Made by a program: the position numbers and the translations under genes. A stretch of 64,000 bases of DNA from an uncultured Anaerolineaceae bacterium (GTDB lineage: Bacteria; Chloroflexota; Anaerolineae; Anaerolineales; DRMV01): the NCBI GenBank assembly GCA_964386185.1, contig CAYLRJ010000033.1, forward strand, positions 100 to 64,099, written 5' to 3'. Below the pieces are notes generated by a model that ran no database searches, was not told the DNA's origin, and was given only the letters and a program-made list of their open reading frames with translations. Positions within the stretch are counted from its first letter, which is position 1; the number at the start of each line of letters is the position of its first letter. Shown piece by piece: positions 53,755 to 61,381 of the stretch.

Positions 53755-55565
53755 TGACTCGTTTGAAAACTTTATGGCGTTACCTTTCCCCTGCTCGCCA
53801 CCCCAATGTTTGGTTTTGGGGCGTGGCGGCTTTGCTCAACGCGCTGCTCTTTTTGCCTTTTTACCTCACCCAACCCGCGGATCGCAGCCTGCTGCCCTGG
53901 CCCCCCACGCATTATGACTGGCGCGCGTGGTTGGTCTCGCGTGACCAGGCCGACCTGTTGCGTTTCCACGCCGAGTGGGTGCTTGGGCTGGCTTTGTGGG
54001 CGTGGCTGGCGCCGCGGATGCGCCCTCGCGGCCGCCGCTGGTTGGCTGGGGTGATTTCACTGGGCTTTGGCCTGGCCTTGCTCTATCAGATTTACGCCGC
54101 CGTGATGCTCAACCTTTATCACTACACCCCTAATTTTTACAACGATTATCCTTTTATCGTCGGCGGTGTGCAGTTTTTGCTCGATTCCTTGAATTTTTCG
54201 TGGGTGACTTATGCCCTGGGCGGGCTGGCTTTTTTGGCCACACTGGCCAGCATTGTGCTCTTGTTGCGGGTGCTTTTCCATGCTATCCCTGTCGAAGCCT
54301 TGGGACGGGCTACGCGCGGGGCCCTGTTGGCCCTCGCCTTGGCGGTGGGGGGGTATGGGATGGTGTACGGCGTGGGCTTGGCGGATCCTTACATGGAAGT
54401 CAACAGCCTCACCGCGGAAATCGTGGCTAACATCCGCGCCGCGCGGCAGTCCCGCCACGACGTGGCTGGCTTGGCTTCCTTCAACCCTTACGAAACCTAT
54501 GACTACACCCGCTATCGGTTGCAGAGCCACCCCAACGTCTATTTGATTTTTGTGGAATCCTACGGCAGCATCCTCTATACGCGGCCTTTTTATCAGGAGA
54601 CATACCGCACGCTCATGACCGGCTGGCAAGCAAAACTGGAAGCCGCGGGATGGCACACTGCAACCACATTGAGCATCTCGCCCATGTGGGGGGGCGGGTC
54701 GTGGATGGCCTATACCAGCGCCATGTTTGGGCTGCGGATTACCGAGCAACAACAGTTTTTGGCCCTGCGAGAGAAATATCAGTATCTGCCCTATCCAAAT
54801 TTAGGCCGTTATCTACACAGCCAGGGCTACGATTACACCTGGGTCGTGCCGATTACGCGCAAACTGCCCGAAAACATCACCGAGATGAACCGCCGCTTTT
54901 ATGGGGCCGACCGCTGGATTACGTTCAAAGATTTGCACTACACAGGCCCCATGTATGGCTGGGGCCCTTCACCGCCCGATCAATACACTTTGGGGTTCAT
55001 CCGAGACGAGGTCGTGCCTCAAGAGCAAAAGCCCCTGTTCCTGTTTTTCCTGACGCAAAGTTCGCATTACCCTTGGGCGCCCTTGCCGCCGGTGGTGGAC
55101 GATTGGCGGGCTTTGAACCAGTTGCAGATTTCGGGCGGTAGTTTGAGCAAAGAGGAAATGGCCCAATTGTCGTTCACGGCCATCAGGCAAAATTATCTCA
55201 ACGCGATTGTGTATAGCATGGATATGTTGGGCGACTTCCTGCTGCACTTGCCCGACGACGATGCGATCGTCATCCTCATTGGCGACCACCAACCCCCCAC
55301 TGTCTCCGCCCGGCGCGACGGCTACGCCACGCCCATCCATATTTTGAGCCGTGATGCAGCTTTCGTTGCCGATTTTGCGCAATATGGTTTCCGTCCAGGC
55401 CTATGGTTAGACGACCCCCAGCCCACCATGCACCACGAAGGCCTCTATTCAATGTTGGTTCGGCAGTTGGTGGCCCATTATGGCGTAGACCGGACGGATT
55501 TGCCGCCTTATCTGCCGGAAGGGATTGCAATTGCTCCCTCACCCGCGGCTGATGAGGGGCCGTGA
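53751..55565 (+). CDS. Membrane-anchored sulfatase/alkaline-phosphatase-superfamily transferase (LtaS/OpgB/EptA-like)
   Basis: About 6 N-terminal TM segments, then NVYLIFVESYGS, SSHYPWAP and ILIGDHQPP, which are typical of the sulfatase fold. ATGA overlap with the GT4 stop. Confidence 0.65.
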   Translation: MMTRLKTLWRYLSPARHPNVWFWGVAALLNALLFLPFYLTQPADRSLLPWPPTHYDWRAWLVSRDQADLLRFHAEWVLGLALWAWLAPRMRPRGRRWLAGVISLGFGLALLYQIYAAVMLNLYHYTPNFYNDYPFIVGGVQFLLDSLNFSWVTYALGGLAFLATLASIVLLLRVLFHAIPVEALGRATRGALLALALAVGGYGMVYGVGLADPYMEVNSLTAEIVANIRAARQSRHDVAGLASFNPYETYDYTRYRLQSHPNVYLIFVESYGSILYTRPFYQETYRTLMTGWQAKLEAAGWHTATTLSISPMWGGGSWMAYTSAMFGLRITEQQQFLALREKYQYLPYPNLGRYLHSQGYDYTWVVPITRKLPENITEMNRRFYGADRWITFKDLHYTGPMYGWGPSPPDQYTLGFIRDEVVPQEQKPLFLFFLTQSSHYPWAPLPPVVDDWRALNQLQISGGSLSKEEMAQLSFTAIRQNYLNAIVYSMDMLGDFLLHLPDDDAIVILIGDHQPPTVSARRDGYATPIHILSRDAAFVADFAQYGFRPGLWLDDPQPTMHHEGLYSMLVRQLVAHYGVDRTDLPPYLPEGIAIAPSPAADEGP

Positions 55566-55609
55566 GATGTTGTGCTGGCTGCGTCGCAGGGCCTCGGAAC
55601 TGGCCGGGT

Positions 55610-56830
55610 TTATGGCGCTTCTGCCCTTTCGGCGCCGGACGGCGTGGTTTGGGCGTGGCGCCAGGCGACCCACAGCACCCCCCAGAGCACCAAGGGCAAC
55701 AGGAGGTATTCCCAGCGCAGCGGCCGCAACACGCGCCAAAATACCCAGGGAAGCCCGCACACGGCCAGCCCTAACACCCACCCCCAGACCGTGTCGCGAT
55801 GCGCCCACAGCCAAAGCCAAATGACCGGCAGCCCCACCACCGCGGTGTAGTCGCCGGTTTGTGGCCACACCAGCAGAAAAACAGTCCACGCCCCGGCAAA
55901 GAGCCACAGGGTCCAGTGCTTGGCGCGTGTGCGCCACAAGGTGCCCCCCCAATGACCGGCCCAACCTAAAATGCCCAAGGCCACCATCAGACTCCACGGC
56001 CAACCCAAGAGAGCCGGGGGCCAAACCGGTCGGGCATAGTGGCGGTAAGCCCGCAGACCAGCGACGTAGGCGGGTTCCCAAAAACCAATTTGCCAGTGCG
56101 ACCAGCCCCACAGGAGCAGCGCACCTGCCAGCCAGAGCCCGACCACTTTGAGATGCCCTTCACGCCAGGCCACGGCCAAGATGAGCAAAGTGACCGGCAG
56201 AGCCATTTCGGGTTTGACCAGGGTCGCCAAAAGGGCCCCTGCGGCCCAAATAGGATGCCCTTTGTGTAGGCTCCACAATGCAAACAGCGTCCAGAAGAAC
56301 ACCCACGTCGCGAATTGCCCTAAGAGGTAGCCATTGAGAGGGTAGCGGAATATCGCGATGGAGAAGATTTCCAACAGGGCTATTTGGATGGGGGAAGGCC
56401 GCCACCGAAGCAGTTGAGCCCATAAAAGCGGCATGATGAGGAGCATTGTGAGTTGCAGGCCTCCCCACAGGCTGATGGCGATGGTAAAGGGCATCTTCCA
56501 AAAGGGCCAGAGCAAGAGGGCCAAAAAAGGTGCGTAGAGAAAGCGGTGTTGGTCTTCGGTGGGGGGCAGGGTGGTGTGGAACATGCCCTCTTGGATGCGG
56601 CGGGTGGTGGCTTCGGTGTAGGGGGATTGGCCTTGCAGCACGCTGCGCGCGCCGACCCAGCGGGGGTAAAAGTCGAAGCGATGCTCTCGGGGGCGCACCA
56701 CGCCCCAATAGGTAGCCAACGCTAAAATGAGCCATACGCCGCCGAGCACGCCCCCCGCGAGCAAAAATCTACGAATGCGTGAGGCCCGCCACCAAGTGAG
56801 GGAAGCGAAGCGGCTGTTTTTGGACTGCAT
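55610..56830 (-). CDS. GT87/DUF2029-like polytopic glycosyltransferase (PimE-like)
   Basis: 406 aa and polytopic. The first loop FDFYPRWVGARSVLQGQSPY resembles the DUF2029 signature (from memory). Confidence 0.55.
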   Translation of the reverse strand: MQSKNSRFASLTWWRASRIRRFLLAGGVLGGVWLILALATYWGVVRPREHRFDFYPRWVGARSVLQGQSPYTEATTRRIQEGMFHTTLPPTEDQHRFLYAPFLALLLWPFWKMPFTIAISLWGGLQLTMLLIMPLLWAQLLRWRPSPIQIALLEIFSIAIFRYPLNGYLLGQFATWVFFWTLFALWSLHKGHPIWAAGALLATLVKPEMALPVTLLILAVAWREGHLKVVGLWLAGALLLWGWSHWQIGFWEPAYVAGLRAYRHYARPVWPPALLGWPWSLMVALGILGWAGHWGGTLWRTRAKHWTLWLFAGAWTVFLLVWPQTGDYTAVVGLPVIWLWLWAHRDTVWGWVLGLAVCGLPWVFWRVLRPLRWEYLLLPLVLWGVLWVAWRHAQTTPSGAERAEAP

Positions 56831-56950
56831 GGGCTCATTTTACCCCACCCCACCCCTCTTTTGGGCTTTGTTTTTGGGCATGGCGTCGGCGCTTGGCTTG
56901 CCTTTGCTTGCGGGGCCGCGCCAAGATGGCTCGCCCGCCGCGAGGGGGCC

Positions 56951-56989
56951 AAAACCCACCCGCCTCTCACCTGAAGGGCGAGAGGCGGG
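56951..56989 (-). terminator. Rho-independent terminator after rnj
   Basis: 10-bp stem cccgcctctc/gagaggcggg. On the minus strand it is followed by TGGGTTTTGG. Confidence 0.6.
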
Positions 56990-57014
56990 CGTGGGGGGAA
57001 GCAGGCAAGCCGCA

Positions 57015-58691
57015 CTACACGGCTTGCGGGTGTTTGGCTTTTTCGGGTTGGCCCTCGACCTCGGTTACCGCCACAAAGATTTGCGGGCGGCGGCGGGTTT
57101 CGTTGAAGAGATACGATTTGAGCATTTGCTCGATATCGCGCCTGACGTCACCCTCTGAGGCGCGCACCGTGCGCGCAACTCGGCGCCGAATGGCCTCTTC
57201 CAGATCTTGGGCTTCGTCGCTGTGGATGAACCCGCGGGTGATGATTTCGGGGTCGTCCAACAGGTGCCCTGTGGAAGTATCCAGCGCCAGGTTGACCAGC
57301 ACCAAGCCGTCGCGGGCCAGGGCTTCGCGTTCGCGCAAAACCCGCATATCCACTTCGCCCACGCCGCTGCCATCAACAAACACCCAACCGCCGGGCACGC
57401 GTTCGCCCAGGCGCATTTCGCCGTTGTGGAATTCCACCACTTGGCCGTTTTCGACCACCGCGATGTGGTCGGCCGGCAGACCCAATTCGCGCGCCATGGC
57501 CGCGTGTTGATGGAGATGGCGCAACTCGCCATGCACGGGCACCAGATATTTGGGGCGCACCAGGTGCAACATGAGTTTCATCTCTTCTTGGCTGGCGTGC
57601 CCCGAAACATGAACCGGCGCGATGGGGTCGTAAATCACCCGTGCGCCGCGGCGGAAGAGGCGGTTGATGGTGCGGTAGACGTTTTCCTCGTTCCCCGGGA
57701 TGGGGTGCGAAGAGAGCACAATGGTGTCGCCCTCTTGGATGTCAAAAGCTCGGTTGGTGCCCATGGAAAGCCGCCCCATAATGGACGACGGCTCGCCTTG
57801 AGAGCCCGTGCACATCAGCACCACTTGCTCAGGCGGCAGTTTGAGGGCTTGGTCTAAGGGCACAATCATGGCTTCGGGGATGTCAAGATACCCCAATTGG
57901 CGGGCCATCTTCGCGTTTTCGACCATGCTGGTGCCCACAAAGGCCATCTTGCGGCCGTGTTCCAGGGCGACGTCGGCCACCTGCTGCATGCGGGAAATCA
58001 ACGAAGCAAACGTGGCCACCAAAATGCGCCCGGGGGCTTCGCGGAAGACGGCTTCCAGCGCGGGGGTGATGACTTTTTCGGAAGGAGTCCAGCCGGGTTT
58101 GTCGGCGTTGGTGGAATCCGCGAGCAGGGCCAGCACCCCGCGGCGGCCAAATTCGGCCAGCTTGCCGAAGTCGGTCGGCCAGCCGTCCACGGGCGTGTGA
58201 TCAAATTTGTAGTCGCCGGTTTGCACCACCAGCCCCGCGGGCGTGGTAATGCCGACCCCCACCGCGTCGGGGATGGAATGGCTGACGTGGAAAAATTCCA
58301 CCTTGAACGGCCCGATTTTGACCGTATCGCCCGCGTGCACAGTGTGGCGCTCCACTTGGTCTTTCAGCCCCCCACGGGCCAATTTGACCTCAATGAGCCC
58401 CATGGTGAGCGGGGTGGCGTAAATCGGCGCGTGGATTTGTTCCAGCAAGTGGCGGACGGCGCCGATGTGGTCTTCGTGCCCGTGGGTGAACACAATGCCG
58501 CGGATTTTGTGCCGTTTATCCAGCAAATATTGGAAATCGGGGATGATGTAGTCAATTCCTAACATATCGTTGGTGGGGAACATGATGCCCGCATCAACGA
58601 TGAGGATATTGTCACCATATTCGTAGGCGGTCATGTTTTTGCCGATTTCACCGGCACCGCCTAAGGGAATGATGCGTAAAGGTTTGCTCAT
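57015..58691 (-). CDS. rnj: Ribonuclease J
   Basis: MSKPLRIIPLGGAGEIGKNMT..., the metallo-beta-lactamase motif HGHEDHIG and a beta-CASP region. 558 aa. Confidence 0.9.
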   Translation of the reverse strand: MSKPLRIIPLGGAGEIGKNMTAYEYGDNILIVDAGIMFPTNDMLGIDYIIPDFQYLLDKRHKIRGIVFTHGHEDHIGAVRHLLEQIHAPIYATPLTMGLIEVKLARGGLKDQVERHTVHAGDTVKIGPFKVEFFHVSHSIPDAVGVGITTPAGLVVQTGDYKFDHTPVDGWPTDFGKLAEFGRRGVLALLADSTNADKPGWTPSEKVITPALEAVFREAPGRILVATFASLISRMQQVADVALEHGRKMAFVGTSMVENAKMARQLGYLDIPEAMIVPLDQALKLPPEQVVLMCTGSQGEPSSIMGRLSMGTNRAFDIQEGDTIVLSSHPIPGNEENVYRTINRLFRRGARVIYDPIAPVHVSGHASQEEMKLMLHLVRPKYLVPVHGELRHLHQHAAMARELGLPADHIAVVENGQVVEFHNGEMRLGERVPGGWVFVDGSGVGEVDMRVLREREALARDGLVLVNLALDTSTGHLLDDPEIITRGFIHSDEAQDLEEAIRRRVARTVRASEGDVRRDIEQMLKSYLFNETRRRPQIFVAVTEVEGQPEKAKHPQAV

Positions 58692-58936
58692 AAATCTTAC
58701 CTCTCGGTTTTGAAGTCGTCCGGCGTGAGCCGGGAAGGTTCGTGCAAAAGGGCTGCGCCCTTCAAGGTTCGTCGGAAGTTGGGCATAGGGAAGAGGTTGT
58801 GGCCGGCGGACGAACACCACAAGCCACCCCGGCCGTTTTGAGCCGGGTGGTGCTCTTGCTTCGCCTGCTTTTCAGCGCGGAAGAAACCAAATCCGGCTCA
58901 AGCCGGATAGCCCACTGCCCCCACAAAAGCGTTGCT

Positions 58937-58965
58937 ATTGTAGCATGGAACGCGTGAAGTGTAAA
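58937..58965 (-). promoter_or_regulatory. Strong sigma70 promoter of rnj
   Basis: Minus strand reads TTTACA - 17 nt - TACAAT with an extended-10 TGC. It predicts a ~240-nt leader. Confidence 0.6.
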
Positions 58966-59136
58966 GCGTGGTGCAGGCGGCGCGGGCTTTGCTGGTGGGG
59001 AAGGGGGCTTGAGAACGCCGAAGGCCGAGGTGCACCGCGCCCCGCCAGCGAGGCAGTGGGGATGGACGCCGCCCGGCCGCTTGGCGCCATCAGAGCGCAG
59101 GCCGGCTCTGCAACAGGCCCCCTCACTTCACAGACC

Positions 59137-59165
59137 TTGCCTTTCCCTTTATAAAATGCTAAACT
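59137..59165 (+). promoter_or_regulatory. Sigma70-type promoter of the phospholipid operon
   Basis: TTGCCT - 17 nt - TAAACT with an extended-10 TGC. Confidence 0.5.
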
Positions 59166-59198
59166 AACTTTGTCCTATCCTCTTTGACGGAAGACGCT

Positions 59199-59816
59199 AT
59201 GGCCAATTGGATTACATTAGCCCGTTTCCCTCTACTTTTTTTGTATATCGCGTTTCTCTACTATGGTGGTTTCAGCCTGCGTTTTTGGAGCGCGCCGTTC
59301 ATTTTGCTCATCATCGCGATGGATAGCGTGGATGGCATTGTGGCGCGCGCCCGCGGCGAAACCAGCCTCTTGGGAAGCGCCCTGGACATTGCAACCGACC
59401 GCACCCTGGAAATCATGCTTTGGGTGGTGTTTGCTCATCTGGGGTTGATTCCCATTGTCGTGCCGTTGATTGTCATCGCGCGGGGCACCACGGTCGACGC
59501 GGTGCGTGCGGTGGGAATGAGCAGCGGCTTGCCCCCCTTTGAACAGGTCAAATCGCCTTTGAGCCGCTTTTTGGTGGCTTCGAAATTCATGCGGAGCACG
59601 TATGGCTTTTTGAAAGCCGCCGCGTTTGTGACGCTGACCCTGGATTTGGCCTTCCGCACCCCAGGCGCGCCTTTGCCCAAAGTGCATGCGCCCTTGCATA
59701 CCGTGGCGTTGACCTTGACGTGGCTGGCTGTGATTTGGTGCTTGGCGCGCGGCATCCCTGTTTTGGTGGAAGGCTACGCCTTGTTGAAAAATCCCCCCCC
59801 GGCCAAAAAAGCATAA
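59199..59816 (+). CDS. CDP-alcohol phosphatidyltransferase
   Basis: Exact motif DGIVARARGETSLLGSALDIATD (DGx2ARx8Gx3Dx3D). About 5 TM segments. Confidence 0.8.
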   Translation: MANWITLARFPLLFLYIAFLYYGGFSLRFWSAPFILLIIAMDSVDGIVARARGETSLLGSALDIATDRTLEIMLWVVFAHLGLIPIVVPLIVIARGTTVDAVRAVGMSSGLPPFEQVKSPLSRFLVASKFMRSTYGFLKAAAFVTLTLDLAFRTPGAPLPKVHAPLHTVALTLTWLAVIWCLARGIPVLVEGYALLKNPPPAKKA

Positions 59817-59890
59817 CCGTGGGGGCATATGGCCCGACCGAGCCTCACGGCGTTGGCGCTCGGTCTCCTCTTTTCGCGCCCTCATAAAGG

Positions 59891-60802
59891 ATGCGCATGG
59901 ATATTCAAGATCTGACAACCAGCCGTTATGGCGTTGCCATTGCCCTGGGCCTGGCCCGAGCGCTGCCCCCGCGCGCGGGCTATCGTGTGGCTCGTCTGTT
60001 GGCAGATACCCTCGCGCTTTTCAAGCGTTCCCGCTTGGTGCAGGCCGTCCGTCTCAATCAGTGGGTCGTGCACGGCATGACGTGGGACGCCAAGCAATTA
60101 GACCAGGCCGTGCACGCCGTGCTCCGTCATGGTGGGCACTGTAATTACGACCTTTACCGCAACCTTCACGATACCGACGCCATCCGTCGTTTGGTGCATT
60201 TAGACGACCGCGTGTTAGAGGCCGTACGTGAGAGCCGAGAAGGCCGGGCGGGCTATGTGGTGGTCGGCCCGCATCTGAGCAACTTCGATTTGGCCATCAA
60301 GGCGGTTGGCATTGCCGGCGTGCGCGCCCAAATTTTGGCCATCGCGACGCCGACCAGCGGCTACTTGTGGCAAAACCGCATGCGCGCCGCCCCAGGGGTG
60401 GATATTACCCCGATTTCTCCACGGGCGTTGCTGCAGGCTGTGGACCGCCTCAAAAACGGTGGGGTCGTGGTCACAGGCGTGGACCGGCCTGTGCCCGGCA
60501 AGAAAGAAATGCTCACTTTCTTTGGCCAGCCCGCGCCTTTGCCCACAGGGCATGTGCGTTTGGCAATGGATGCCAAAGTGCCGGTGCGGGTGGTGTCGGC
60601 GCGCATGGAAGAGGATGGCCGGTATCACGTGACGCTGTCTGAGCGCATTCCCATGCAGCGCACGGGCAATCGGAAAGCCGACATCCGGGAAAACGCCCAG
60701 CGGGTGCTCACTGTGGTGGAGCGCTACATCCGTGAGCGGCCTTTGCAATGGCTGATGTTTTACCCGGTTTGGCCGCATTTGATGGACGAGGTGCCGCGAT
60801 GA
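59891..60802 (+). CDS. LpxL/HtrB/PatA-type lipid acyltransferase
   Basis: HX4D motif GPHLSNFD, about 300 aa, with a family-like C-terminal region PLQWLMFYPVWP. Confidence 0.7.
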   Translation: MRMDIQDLTTSRYGVAIALGLARALPPRAGYRVARLLADTLALFKRSRLVQAVRLNQWVVHGMTWDAKQLDQAVHAVLRHGGHCNYDLYRNLHDTDAIRRLVHLDDRVLEAVRESREGRAGYVVVGPHLSNFDLAIKAVGIAGVRAQILAIATPTSGYLWQNRMRAAPGVDITPISPRALLQAVDRLKNGGVVVTGVDRPVPGKKEMLTFFGQPAPLPTGHVRLAMDAKVPVRVVSARMEEDGRYHVTLSERIPMQRTGNRKADIRENAQRVLTVVERYIRERPLQWLMFYPVWPHLMDEVPR

Positions 60803-61374
60803 CTGTCCTCACCCCGCAGACCTTGGCCGGCGGAGGGGTTGTTTTGTTTGCGTTGGGCTGGCTGCATCGCGTGCCTCGCATTGCCCGTTGGGATGCAAAG
60901 CTCTTTTTGGCCTTGCACAAATCTTTGCGGCGGGCGTTGCCGCTCTTTCGGTGGCTGTGGCATTTGGGGCGGTTGTGGGGGCTTTTGGGCGGTGCTGTGC
61001 TCATTGCTTTGGGTTTGGGATGGCGCAAAGGGCTGGCAGTGGTGATTGCCTATGGTGTGGTGGTGTTGGGTGAAACCACCATCAAGCGCTTGGTGCGCCG
61101 GCCGCGGCCTTATCAGGTGTTGCCCGAGGCGACGATGGGGCAGCCCCTTGAGCCCGTGGATTCTTCCTTCCCCAGCGGCGACGCGTTACGCATTTGGCTG
61201 CTGGCGCTGACGCTGATGGCTTGGTTGCCGCCAGTCTGGACGGTGCCTTTGGTTGTGGTTGCGGTGGCCGTTTCGTTGGGGCGTATTGCCTTGGGCGTCC
61301 ATCACCCCCTGGACGTGATTTCCGGCACGGGGTTGGGCTTCCTCGCAGCCGCCTTGGCGCTGTGGCTGGCTTGA
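60799..61374 (+). CDS. PAP2-family lipid phosphatase
   Basis: Motifs KRLVRRPRP, SFPSGD (Asp in place of the usual His) and GRIALGVHHPLDV. ATGA overlap with the acyltransferase stop. Confidence 0.7.
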   Translation: MTVLTPQTLAGGGVVLFALGWLHRVPRIARWDAKLFLALHKSLRRALPLFRWLWHLGRLWGLLGGAVLIALGLGWRKGLAVVIAYGVVVLGETTIKRLVRRPRPYQVLPEATMGQPLEPVDSSFPSGDALRIWLLALTLMAWLPPVWTVPLVVVAVAVSLGRIALGVHHPLDVISGTGLGFLAAALALWLA

Positions 61375-61381
61375 GGGCGCG

